A program made the translations under genes and the position numbers. DNA of 64,000 nt from the IMG/VR virus record IMGVR_UViG_3300050821_009835, positions 200,913 to 264,912 of that record; one strand, given 5' to 3'. Shown one piece after another: positions 1 to 8,832 of this stretch (positions are counted from its first letter, which is position 1; every line of letters starts with the position of its first letter). The notes beneath the pieces were generated by a model. That model worked only from the letters and a program-made list of their open reading frames with translations, had not been told where the DNA came from and did no database searches.

Positions 1-1
1 T

Positions 2-781
2 GGCAGTTCCAATGAATGTGAACGTCGTTTGCAGGAGCATTTGCATGATTTACGATTGGGAAAACACGAAAATCCCTATCTTCAAAATGCTTGGAACAAA
101 CATGGGGAGGAGAATTTTCTGTTTGAAATTCTAGAGGTGGTGAAAGACAAGATTTGGCTACGAGCTAGAGAGCAGGCTGGGTTCTCTCGTTTTCATAGTT
201 GTGACCCTAAATTTGGTTTCAATATCTCAAAAGACGCTTGGTGGGCTAGTGTAAATCATGATCCGGAGACGCTAAAAAGAAAAACTGAAAAACTTCGACA
301 ATATTTGAACCTTCCGGAAGTTAAAGCAAAACGGTCAAAGTTGATGAAAGATGTTTGTAATCGTCCTGGTCAACGAGAGAAATTGCAAGCAGCGGGAAAA
401 TTGACAGCGAAGCCTTTTGAGCTAATAGATCCTAAAGGGAAGAGATTTTCTGGAGTTAATTTAAAGGCATTTTGTTTAGCAAACAACTTGGTTTACACAA
501 AAATGTGTGGAGTTAATAACGGAGAGTTTGCCTATTCTGGTTGGAAATACCCTTCATTTAATGAAGAAATTCATAAATTAGAGATTTCCAGAATTCGTTC
601 AAAAGCAGGCATCAAGCGGTACCAGAACCCAAAAGAGCGGGAGAGAGTAGCAAAAAACTCAACCAATTGGCACCATAACCCCAATACTCTAGAAGCTAGA
701 AAACTTCGTGGATTACACATTAGTCAAAGCAAAAAGGGGAAGAAATTCAATAGAACCTCAGCCTCGGGAGTCGCTGCCTAA
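2..781 (+). CDS. GIY-YIG homing endonuclease, 5'-truncated by the window edge
   Basis: Frame is open from base 2 (GSSNECERRLQEHLHDLRLGKHENPYLQNAWNKHGEENFLFEILE), the typical GIY-YIG helix region, with a basic DNA-binding C-terminus. Stop overlaps the next ATG. Confidence 0.85.
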   Translation, partial: GSSNECERRLQEHLHDLRLGKHENPYLQNAWNKHGEENFLFEILEVVKDKIWLRAREQAGFSRFHSCDPKFGFNISKDAWWASVNHDPETLKRKTEKLRQYLNLPEVKAKRSKLMKDVCNRPGQREKLQAAGKLTAKPFELIDPKGKRFSGVNLKAFCLANNLVYTKMCGVNNGEFAYSGWKYPSFNEEIHKLEISRIRSKAGIKRYQNPKERERVAKNSTNWHHNPNTLEARKLRGLHISQSKKGKKFNRTSASGVAA

Positions 782-3699
782 TGTCATCTCTTCCATCCAA
801 TCTCGCAGCAGTTGAACTTTGGCCGATTCGGGCGAAAGGCGCAGTCACACGCCTCAGCCCGTTTTCTGATCCAGCTATCACACAATTTTATCAGAAATCA
901 ATTGAAGAAGGTCGACTCCTCGAAAACTCCATTGCGGATGCGAATGATCAACTTCTGAAGAGGAAACAGCAGCTCTATGACTTGATTACGAATTACGCGC
1001 ACATGCAGAGCATCGGCGTAAACGGCCAGCTCAAGTATACACCTCGTGTAATCAAACTTGCTAATGATGTTGTCCAGATTATCAATGTCATCACGACGAT
1101 TCAGGGTGAACTGCGGGGGGTGTTGGGCGCTTTAACTCAAAACCTTACCATACTTGCATCTATTGAGCGTTCTCTTTTACAGGAAGTTCAAACAACGCTC
1201 AACTCGTTAGCTAATCTTCTTCAAAACATCTGTAATTGGGGCTTGCCTTCACTCCCTTCACTCCCCAATCTATTTCCTGATGGTCTCTGGAACTGGCAGG
1301 GTTTCAACTTTTCTCCCTTGTTCAACTTGAGTCAGTTGTTTAAACCCAATCTCCCGAACTTATCGGCGTTTTCTCAATTTTCGTTTAGTCAGTGTTCTCT
1401 AATGAATCTAGGACTTGTCAATAACCCGAGCACTAACAATCCTCTTCAGATCACAGGCTACAGCGGCAACACTTTGGGTACTCCTCCCACTATACTCCCG
1501 GCTCCGTTGAATGGTTTGATTCTTAATTCCCCAACGCAGGCGCAGTTGAATCAAACTGTAACTCCTGTATACAGTGCCACGACATTTAATCCCAATACGA
1601 GTATGATAGGCAGTCTGCCAGACCCCTCCACCATTTTGAGCGATTATCAGATGCCGAGTGCCACGTATCAATCCAACATTTTAAGTTTGATCCCGGCTAC
1701 ACTCAACCAAGTCATTGAGCCGACAGACGCAGACTATACCAATCCCAATTATGGTGTTCGCAACCCATTGGAAGTGAAGTCACTTGCAACTAGTATCACA
1801 CTTGGGGAAGTGGTGGCTTCAAACTATGACCCTTATATAGTGTCTGCTTGGTTGTTCTACCTCAGTCTCAATTTTACGGGTCGTGCTGGTCTTTGGCTCC
1901 CGAATTTTGCTCAACTATACAGCGCAGTTATCCTCCCATCTCTAACCTCGCTTTCTCAAAATGCAGTGCCTTTTAACAACTTCACGGGTACTGTGGTCGA
2001 TACACCCACAGATATTCCACTTACTGATCTATTGAAGAATCTATCCCCCGGCTTGCTTCAAAACATGCTTTGGAAATTATCGTATATCGAAGCTTCATTG
2101 CTTGGTTACACAAGAAATAAAACCTGGGATTCGGGCGCGGATACATTGTTTACGGCTAGTTTTACGAGTGTAGATCTCGATTACGAGGTAACCCTAATCA
2201 GTGCCGAGGTTACAACTTTGATTTTGGGCCAGACCACGGCTCAATATCCTGTCCCTTGCACATTTCCATCTTCACTTACAACAGTGCTCAATGAAGTTAT
2301 CACGATCGCCACGGCTGATATCAACGCTACGTCAAACTATTTGTCCCCGCACCCACAGTATCGATATGTCTACAATCAGTTTGCTCAAGCAACTGTAGTT
2401 GATCGTTTTTCGCAATTCTGGCGCGAGTTTAACAGCAATCTTATTGTATTCTTGAGCATGGACCCCTACGTTGTACAGCGCGTGGCTTCGTACCCGCAGA
2501 CCTTAGATGGAGTGCTGAATCCTTTGGCGAACACGGTTGATATCGCCGCTTATAATCAAGTATTGAGTGATAGTCTAACTCGTAATAGATCCTGGATTCC
2601 TGGTTCTGATCTTTTGACGCTCCCCATAGCCCCAGTTGTGGCATTCAGCAATACAACTACCCCTCCAAACACAGGATGGAGTGGAACCACTTTTAATAGT
2701 CAAGCATACCTAAATCGCCCGGATATTCAGGCTTTACCCATCCCAACACAAATGGCCATGCTCCGTACGAATATCAGCTACGCGGGCATTATGCAATTTT
2801 CTCAAAATCTTCAGGCTGAAATTCAAACGCAGATGAACAGCATAAATGCTGCACTAGCTCAGATCAGTACTCTGGGTTTCTACACCAGTGACGTCACTGC
2901 GGTAACAGGAGTCGGGGAGACACCCACGCCGATAGAGTTCGATTCTATCACTGCCCCAAACGATTTTGATTTAACGGGATATACCGCCATCCCTCCAGGG
3001 ACAACATTCACGATTCAGAATTCAGGAGTGTTTTCTATTACAGGTCAACTCAACTGGAGCGGCGGAGGGCCAGGAACGTATACGATTCAGATTACTCAAA
3101 ATGGAGGAGTTGTTTTTCAATCGGAACCTATGGTTGGGAGTGGCACTTTCACCCAGCAGTTCGTATCAAATGGGGGTTTCAATCAAGGTGATGAGATTCA
3201 AGTTCTCGCGTACACTACAGCTACGGGTTCAGGCAGCCCCCCAAATATCTTCGTGGGGTCAGGTAGTTTTTTCAGCATGATTTTGTCCATCCCCACTCCC
3301 GGCCTACCACCTGGGCCAATTCCCCCAGTATCTCAGTTGGGTGCCACTAAGACCTTTACAGCTGATGGAAATTTTCCGATAGGAACTGCTGTTAGGGTTG
3401 ACTCCAGTGGCAACGTAGTTGCCGTGGATCCTACAATTGGTAAGCCTGGTCCTCCAGTTCCTTACGTGGATGGGATTGCAACTTCAATTGGAGTTGCGGG
3501 TCAGCCTGTGGATGTCATTGTTAGCTATGGAAGCTACGTTCAAGTTTCTGGCTTACCAGCTTTTACTGTAGGGCAGGGCATCTACGTTGGAATAAGCGGT
3601 TTGGTGACTCAACCCAATCCCAATTTGACTTGGACGATATATGTTGGAATAGCTCTTTCCGACAATACCTTTCTCTTCGAACCCCACATTCCCCAGTAA
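781..3699 (+). CDS. Large virion structural protein with C1q-like and capsid-cement-like C-terminal modules
   Basis: 972 aa, S/T/N/P/L-rich. PIEFD..DFD....FTIQNSGVFSITGQLNW resembles C1q/TNF-like jelly rolls. The final TFTADGNFPIGTAVRVD...GIATS..AGQPVDV resembles cement/DUF2190-like beta modules. Confidence 0.55.
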   Translation: MSSLPSNLAAVELWPIRAKGAVTRLSPFSDPAITQFYQKSIEEGRLLENSIADANDQLLKRKQQLYDLITNYAHMQSIGVNGQLKYTPRVIKLANDVVQIINVITTIQGELRGVLGALTQNLTILASIERSLLQEVQTTLNSLANLLQNICNWGLPSLPSLPNLFPDGLWNWQGFNFSPLFNLSQLFKPNLPNLSAFSQFSFSQCSLMNLGLVNNPSTNNPLQITGYSGNTLGTPPTILPAPLNGLILNSPTQAQLNQTVTPVYSATTFNPNTSMIGSLPDPSTILSDYQMPSATYQSNILSLIPATLNQVIEPTDADYTNPNYGVRNPLEVKSLATSITLGEVVASNYDPYIVSAWLFYLSLNFTGRAGLWLPNFAQLYSAVILPSLTSLSQNAVPFNNFTGTVVDTPTDIPLTDLLKNLSPGLLQNMLWKLSYIEASLLGYTRNKTWDSGADTLFTASFTSVDLDYEVTLISAEVTTLILGQTTAQYPVPCTFPSSLTTVLNEVITIATADINATSNYLSPHPQYRYVYNQFAQATVVDRFSQFWREFNSNLIVFLSMDPYVVQRVASYPQTLDGVLNPLANTVDIAAYNQVLSDSLTRNRSWIPGSDLLTLPIAPVVAFSNTTTPPNTGWSGTTFNSQAYLNRPDIQALPIPTQMAMLRTNISYAGIMQFSQNLQAEIQTQMNSINAALAQISTLGFYTSDVTAVTGVGETPTPIEFDSITAPNDFDLTGYTAIPPGTTFTIQNSGVFSITGQLNWSGGGPGTYTIQITQNGGVVFQSEPMVGSGTFTQQFVSNGGFNQGDEIQVLAYTTATGSGSPPNIFVGSGSFFSMILSIPTPGLPPGPIPPVSQLGATKTFTADGNFPIGTAVRVDSSGNVVAVDPTIGKPGPPVPYVDGIATSIGVAGQPVDVIVSYGSYVQVSGLPAFTVGQGIYVGISGLVTQPNPNLTWTIYVGIALSDNTFLFEPHIPQ

Positions 3700-3727
3700 T
3701 TCGGTATCATTTCAGAAGGAGTTAAAA

Positions 3728-4075
3728 ATGAAGTTGATGATGATGGAAGACGAGATTCATGCCTATCTAATTGATGTGATTGCCGATTTTGTACGTGGCG
3801 GAGGTGTCTCGTTAGGCAATTTAGAGATTATGGCACAGCTGCATCATGCAATAAAGAAGGCTCAGGATATCGATTTTTCCAAGTTAGGGAAAATGACATT
3901 GGATAAAATTGGCTCAGATGGAATTTCTATGGGACTTGACCTGAGCAATCAGCAATCTGACGATAAAACTGAAACTGATCGTATTCGCTGTGAAACAGGA
4001 GGTCCGCTTCCTTATGACAGCGGTCACCCTGACCAACCCTTAATGACTGTTGAGCATCGCGGTCCAGGCTGTTAA
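3728..4075 (+). CDS. Hypothetical protein
   Basis: 115-aa ORF with AGAAGGAG RBS. Confidence 0.6.
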   Translation: MKLMMMEDEIHAYLIDVIADFVRGGGVSLGNLEIMAQLHHAIKKAQDIDFSKLGKMTLDKIGSDGISMGLDLSNQQSDDKTETDRIRCETGGPLPYDSGHPDQPLMTVEHRGPGC

Positions 4076-4107
4076 AACTTTCAATTCCTGAATAGGGGAG
4101 AATTAAA

Positions 4108-4893
4108 ATGTTAACAGATCAGGCTTTACTCGAATTGTGTGTTCAAATCTCTGGTGGGTTTGAAAACTCTGCTGGAGCCTCGTACACTACGGTTGCAGGG
4201 GACGAAGATGGCCAGGGATTCTCGGCTGGCGTGCTACAGTGGAATGCCGGGCAAGGCACCCTTCAAATTCTACTCCAACACATCGGTGCTGCCATGGGTT
4301 GGTCAAAGGCGCAGACTTATTTCAAGTCTGATATTCAACATCTTTCCACATTGAACACGACAGCCGCTGTTCAATTTTGTATTCAGCACTATATTGTCAA
4401 TGGAGGTACAGCGGTTGCTCCTGACGCAAAAACTGCCTGGCAGAATTTTCTGAGTACTCCTGAATCAATAGCTGCCCAGATTCAGATGGCGAGCATGGGT
4501 ATTTTAAGCCACACTAAAAGCCTTGTTTCCCAGTTTACTTCAGCGTATGTTGGCCGTACCCGCCCGTATGCTTTCTTTTTTGATCTTATTACGCAGGAGG
4601 GTGGCATGCGTAATGCTAACGGGGCAGTTCTTCCGGTATCCTCTGCAACGCTGGCAGATTGTCAACCAGCACTTGTGATGGCAAATCAGAATAACCCTAA
4701 ATGCGAGGCAATTTGGGAGATTGTACTTCCTAATGATTCATTAGCACAACTTCTTCTATACTACGCTTATGAGCGTAGCATCTTGGCTAGTCCTCCCTAT
4801 GTCTGGGACGCATTGTCTAGACGTGGGAGCATTGCTTGTTTGGGGGGCATTGTCCATGGAGCCACGGTTAACTTGAAAAATCTCTTGGATTGA
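4108..4893 (+). CDS. Putative lysozyme-fold peptidoglycan hydrolase (endolysin or virion lysin)
   Basis: ISGGFE...VAGDEDGQGFSAGVLQWNAGQGTLQILL matches the GxxDGQGxSxGxLQWNxGQGxLQxLL pattern of phage muralytic proteins. GGGGAG RBS. Confidence 0.6.
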   Translation: MLTDQALLELCVQISGGFENSAGASYTTVAGDEDGQGFSAGVLQWNAGQGTLQILLQHIGAAMGWSKAQTYFKSDIQHLSTLNTTAAVQFCIQHYIVNGGTAVAPDAKTAWQNFLSTPESIAAQIQMASMGILSHTKSLVSQFTSAYVGRTRPYAFFFDLITQEGGMRNANGAVLPVSSATLADCQPALVMANQNNPKCEAIWEIVLPNDSLAQLLLYYAYERSILASPPYVWDALSRRGSIACLGGIVHGATVNLKNLLD

Positions 4894-4895
4894 GT

Positions 4896-5123
4896 TTAGA
4901 TTTCAGCCGTTGTTTTGGACGTTTCATCCCATTCATCCATAACAATTTCAGTAGGAACTTCCACTAATCTACCAGGGGCACCTTGTCTTTTGAGTCCATC
5001 AACAAGTGATTTGGCGAATGCCAAACCCACACCTTTTCTGGTGGTGTACTCGGCGTAGATACCAATAGTGGTAAGAATATCCACGCGATATGCCCTACGA
5101 TTAGAGATAAGTTTCTTACGCAT
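4896..5123 (-). CDS. Hypothetical protein
   Basis: 75-aa ORF, convergent with the lysin gene, in otherwise unoccupied space. Confidence 0.55.
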   Translation of the reverse strand: MRKKLISNRRAYRVDILTTIGIYAEYTTRKGVGLAFAKSLVDGLKRQGAPGRLVEVPTEIVMDEWDETSKTTAEI

Positions 5124-5201
5124 GTAGTAAATCTACGGCAAGAGATAAAAAACTAGCTAAAACACTTCCTCTCCAAGTAGTATAGACGTGGACGACCACA
5201 T

Positions 5202-5494
5202 ATGAAGATCTGGCACAAAACCGTGAAAGAACTCCCACCAGCTCAATTTTTCAGACATACGGCCCCGGTATTCAACTAAAAGAACTCCGTGCTTGGGAAG
5301 CAGCAGGCAAACCCGACATCGGTCGCCCCATTCACTTACTCGTTGTCGCCAACATTGATAATCATCCTCGAATCGAACTTTGGAAACAAGGTACGACTTC
5401 AGAGAATTACTTCAAACAGATAGTTTTAGAGTGGTCTTTCGCACCTGATGTCCCCAAAGAATATTGGGCACCACATGCCCAGAAAACTACCTGA
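5202..5494 (+). pseudogene. Frameshifted small ORF (about 97 aa if a -1 shift occurs in the T5 run at 5247-5251)
   Basis: ATG at 5202 stops at 5277-5279. The -1 frame is open from 5186 to TGA at 5492-5494 but has no ATG/GTG/TTG start. Confidence 0.4.
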
Positions 5495-5524
5495 TTTCTG
5501 AGTCTTTACCGTAGATTCAAAGCG

Positions 5525-6331
5525 ATGATAAAAAGTGAACTGCTCACCGAGATAACGACGGGCGAAGCACAGCGGTTCATCGCAGATGACAACTACGGCT
5601 GCGAAGAGAAGCATAACGGCGAACGCCGCACTATCTGCAAAGACGCCTCTGGAATTCGCAATTTCAATCGGGAAGGCAATCCTGGAAAAGCTCTCCCAGC
5701 TCACGTTATTAACGCTCTGATGAGCCACCCGCTCCCGCAATTCATCATCGACGCAGAATATGAAAAAGGCATTGTGGTTGTTTTGGATGTGCTGGTCATT
5801 GGCGAAGACAACCTGACCACAACGCCCTACAGTGAGCGCAAACGAATTGCTCACAAGCATTTTGAGAATCACTCAATCCTGATCAAGGTCTGCAAAACTG
5901 TAACCGGGAACCGCGCCAAGGCTGCCTTTGTTTTGGAGAAGATGGAAGAAGTAGCGGAAGGCGTCTGCTTCAAGAAACTCGACGCCGTCTTCATTCAGGG
6001 TAAGAACGGCCAACATAAAAAGCTAAAGTTCTGGAAAAGTTTGGACTGCGTGGTGATTGGCCCGAGCCGTCACGACCACAACAGCGTGGAAGTGGGCTTG
6101 TACGACTACTCTGTTATGCTCGCAACGGGTAAGCCACTACTCCGCCGGATCTGTGGAGTGAGTTTAAACGGTAAGCCTTCTGTCAAAATTGGTGATACTC
6201 TAGAGATAGACTACCTGTACGGAACCAAAAGGCTCGAGGTTGTTCAGCCAAACTTGGTTCGTGTTCGTGACGACAAGCGACCTGAGCAATGCACCATCGA
6301 TCAAATTCAAATCAACAAGAATTTCAAATAG
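5525..6331 (+). CDS. Minimal ATP-dependent DNA ligase (adenylation + OB domains)
   Basis: Motif I EEKHNGERR, motif III IDAEY, IIIa VLDVL, IV EGVCFKK, V KKLKF, followed by an OB-fold (LDCVVIG...EIDY...VQPNLVRVRDDK). Confidence 0.8.
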   Translation: MIKSELLTEITTGEAQRFIADDNYGCEEKHNGERRTICKDASGIRNFNREGNPGKALPAHVINALMSHPLPQFIIDAEYEKGIVVVLDVLVIGEDNLTTTPYSERKRIAHKHFENHSILIKVCKTVTGNRAKAAFVLEKMEEVAEGVCFKKLDAVFIQGKNGQHKKLKFWKSLDCVVIGPSRHDHNSVEVGLYDYSVMLATGKPLLRRICGVSLNGKPSVKIGDTLEIDYLYGTKRLEVVQPNLVRVRDDKRPEQCTIDQIQINKNFK

Positions 6332-6339
6332 GAGGATTT

Positions 6340-6471
6340 ATGGGAGAAAAGATCAAGCAAGCCGCGTTGGAGCTTTTGGCGCTCTTGGAAGCCAAGGGCA
6401 AGTTGACCATGGATGAATACATTTTGGCTCAGGCTTTGACCACGTTCAAGAACAACACAAAAGCGGATTGA
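6340..6471 (+). CDS. Small hypothetical protein
   Basis: GGAGG RBS then ATG 6340 (MGEKIKQAALELL...). Confidence 0.55.
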   Translation: MGEKIKQAALELLALLEAKGKLTMDEYILAQALTTFKNNTKAD

Positions 6472-6659
6472 AGATGAAAGACTTCGACATCGCCCTAAAC
6501 GAGAGCCAAACAGACAGCTGGTTTTCTGTTTTCTTTCAGGGGGAATTCCACAAGATCCCCATTAAATTCATGCGGGTGTCAGAACGTAAGGGCCTGTCTG
6601 ATCTTTTAAGGAAACTATGCAATATACCGTGTGATACGGGCAAAATAAATGAAGAATAA
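6468..6659 (+). CDS. Small hypothetical protein
   Basis: Overlaps neighbouring ORFs in an operon-like run. Confidence 0.5.
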   Translation: MKMKDFDIALNESQTDSWFSVFFQGEFHKIPIKFMRVSERKGLSDLLRKLCNIPCDTGKINEE

Positions 6660-6885
6660 ACTAGAAATAAAACCGGGCGAGTCGCGCACGATGTTCGTGG
6701 ACAAGTTCAATACTCTGGAAGACCTCAAAATTGCTATTACTAAAGCAGAGATGGTGAGCAATCAAATCGCAGATGTAATCAACGTGGATGGTCAGTTCGA
6801 GCTTGAGGCTGAATGTCTTAGCGATGGCTCTGTTGTCTACAACGTTGGAATTGTCGGCAATGTTCTCACGAGTTGGCAGGGATAA
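6649..6885 (+). CDS. Small hypothetical protein
   Basis: Overlaps neighbouring ORFs in an operon-like run. Confidence 0.55.
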   Translation: MKNKLEIKPGESRTMFVDKFNTLEDLKIAITKAEMVSNQIADVINVDGQFELEAECLSDGSVVYNVGIVGNVLTSWQG

Positions 6886-7940
6886 CGTCCGGGCAATCGC
6901 GGCGAAGTTCGAGGCCGCCAGGCAAAAGCGTCGTGGGTAATTTACTGTCTCGAAGTCTGTTTCGCGAGGATGTTTTTAATCGCGACCGCTACAAGTGTGT
7001 CAATTGCGGAATGCCTGGTCAAGATGCTCATCACATTCTAGAACGAAGACTTTGGCCTGACGGCGGTTACCACCTTGACAATGGAGCTACAGTTTGTGGT
7101 ACTTGTCACTTAGAAGCTGAAGCGACGTTGATATCTTGCGACACGCTACGCCATAAAGCCGGAATTTCCCGAGTGATTCTTCCACCCCATTTTTATCCAG
7201 ACCAAGAATACGATAAGTGGGGCAACCCAATACTGCCCAATGGCCAGCGCCTTCGTGGAGAATTATTCGAAGATGCATCTGTTCAGAAAGTCCTTGCTCC
7301 TGTATTGCATCTTTTTACAAATCGAGTCAAGTACCCGCGCACTTGGCATTTGCCCTGGTCACCCGGAGCGACCTCTTACGATCGGATTCTAGCAACAACT
7401 GATCACTGGCGAGGTAAACAAGTAGTTATAACAGAGAAGATGGACGGGGAGAACACAACCCTTTACAAAGACTACGTACATGCAAGGTCTCTAGATTACA
7501 GTCCTCATCCTAGTCGCGACAGAGTTAAGGCATTGTGGGGATCCATACAATCAGATATTCCCGACAACTATCGGGTATGCGCCGAGAACGTTACTGCCAC
7601 GCATTCCATCGCGTATAGCAATCTTCCATCGGTTCTTTTAGTATTCAGCATTTGGGATGGTTTAACTTGTCTCAGTTGGAAAGAGACAGTGGAGTGGTGC
7701 GATTTGTTGGGGTTACGAACAGTTCCTGCACTCTATTGCGGAATGTATGAACCAGGTATGTGCCAGGAACTCTGCAAGCAGCTAGATACGGAGAAGCAGG
7801 AAGGGCTTGTTGTGCGACCCGATGGACAATTCCACATGAGAGAATTTTCTGATGTCGTGGGCAAATATGTCCGCTCAAATCACGTACAGACGCACGGTCA
7901 CTGGATGCGTCAGAAACTGGAGTTTAACAAATGCGTTTAG
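6873..7940 (+). CDS. HNH endonuclease domain fused to ATP-dependent RNA ligase
   Basis: N-terminal RDRYKCVNC...DAHHI...GY.LDNGATVC..CH (HNH). C-terminal KYPRTWHLPWSPG, EKMDGEN, EGLVVR and KYVR ligase motifs. True start may be slightly downstream. Confidence 0.85.
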   Translation: MAGITSGQSRRSSRPPGKSVVGNLLSRSLFREDVFNRDRYKCVNCGMPGQDAHHILERRLWPDGGYHLDNGATVCGTCHLEAEATLISCDTLRHKAGISRVILPPHFYPDQEYDKWGNPILPNGQRLRGELFEDASVQKVLAPVLHLFTNRVKYPRTWHLPWSPGATSYDRILATTDHWRGKQVVITEKMDGENTTLYKDYVHARSLDYSPHPSRDRVKALWGSIQSDIPDNYRVCAENVTATHSIAYSNLPSVLLVFSIWDGLTCLSWKETVEWCDLLGLRTVPALYCGMYEPGMCQELCKQLDTEKQEGLVVRPDGQFHMREFSDVVGKYVRSNHVQTHGHWMRQKLEFNKCV

Positions 7941-8374
7941 AGATTAAGCAATGTAAGCGAACCCGCACAATGCAGCCCGACCTTGGGTGCCCCTATGATT
8001 ACACTGAACGCTGGACGGAGCATTGGCTCCATTTTGATGACTACTTAGAGCGTTTGCGATTTCACAACAGAATCATGGATTTGAAACCCAAGGTTAAGGA
8101 GGCTATCGAAACGCGGCGAAATATTGCTATCGAGGAAGCGCAAAAGGTTTTAACTAAGTGGCAGGCTCGATATGAGCTTGAAAAAGAAATCTGGGATCAT
8201 AGGTCCAAGTGGGGAAAATTCTGGAATGTAGAGCCTGATAAACCTTACCTAGAAATCAAAGGGATTCCCGTTTCTGATGTTGAGACGTTCATTCAGAACG
8301 TAAATTCCAATGTTGACCTTTTTTACGGCCCGATTCAAGAGTATGTCTACAAAGGCATCTGGAATTTTGCGTAG
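7931..8374 (+). CDS. Hypothetical protein
   Basis: 147-aa ORF overlapping the upstream stop. Confidence 0.6.
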   Translation: MRLEIKQCKRTRTMQPDLGCPYDYTERWTEHWLHFDDYLERLRFHNRIMDLKPKVKEAIETRRNIAIEEAQKVLTKWQARYELEKEIWDHRSKWGKFWNVEPDKPYLEIKGIPVSDVETFIQNVNSNVDLFYGPIQEYVYKGIWNFA

Positions 8375-8416
8375 GAAACTAGGACCACGAGGTATCAACG
8401 GTATCAAATCATAGGA

Positions 8417-8632
8417 GTGTGTCCAGTGGCTCAGAAGTTACTTTCACAAGCAGGTAAGGAAGAATTGGCACTCGCTCTTCTTTTGCTTAAAGACTTCAAG
8501 TGTGGAGAGAAGTTCGATGTGGATGTTACACGGTCAATTCTTGAGTTAGCCCAAGAGCTGGGTGTTCTCAAAGAATTTTCCGCTTTACTATCCAAATTGC
8601 CTCCAATGAAAGTAATCCCGCGATATGAATGA
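8417..8632 (+). CDS. Hypothetical protein
   Basis: AGGAG RBS, GTG start. Confidence 0.55.
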   Translation: MCPVAQKLLSQAGKEELALALLLLKDFKCGEKFDVDVTRSILELAQELGVLKEFSALLSKLPPMKVIPRYE

Positions 8633-8828
8633 AATCAACTACAACTGCTGCGGGCATAAATGCCATGATGGGAGAGGGCTTAATCCCTGGGTCGAAGTCT
8701 GCGTTGTTTGTGGTTGCCGGAATGAAAAATACAATCCCAATGTGCCTCTCCCGGAGACTATGGAGGAGCTGTTGAACTGGGATAATCCCGATCTCTCGCT
8801 CCGACCTGAGAAATACCGAAACCTTTAG
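8625..8828 (+). CDS. Small Cys-rich (Zn-ribbon-like) protein
   Basis: CCGHKC...CVVCGC. Confidence 0.5.
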   Translation: MNEINYNCCGHKCHDGRGLNPWVEVCVVCGCRNEKYNPNVPLPETMEELLNWDNPDLSLRPEKYRNL

Positions 8829-8832
8829 TGAT

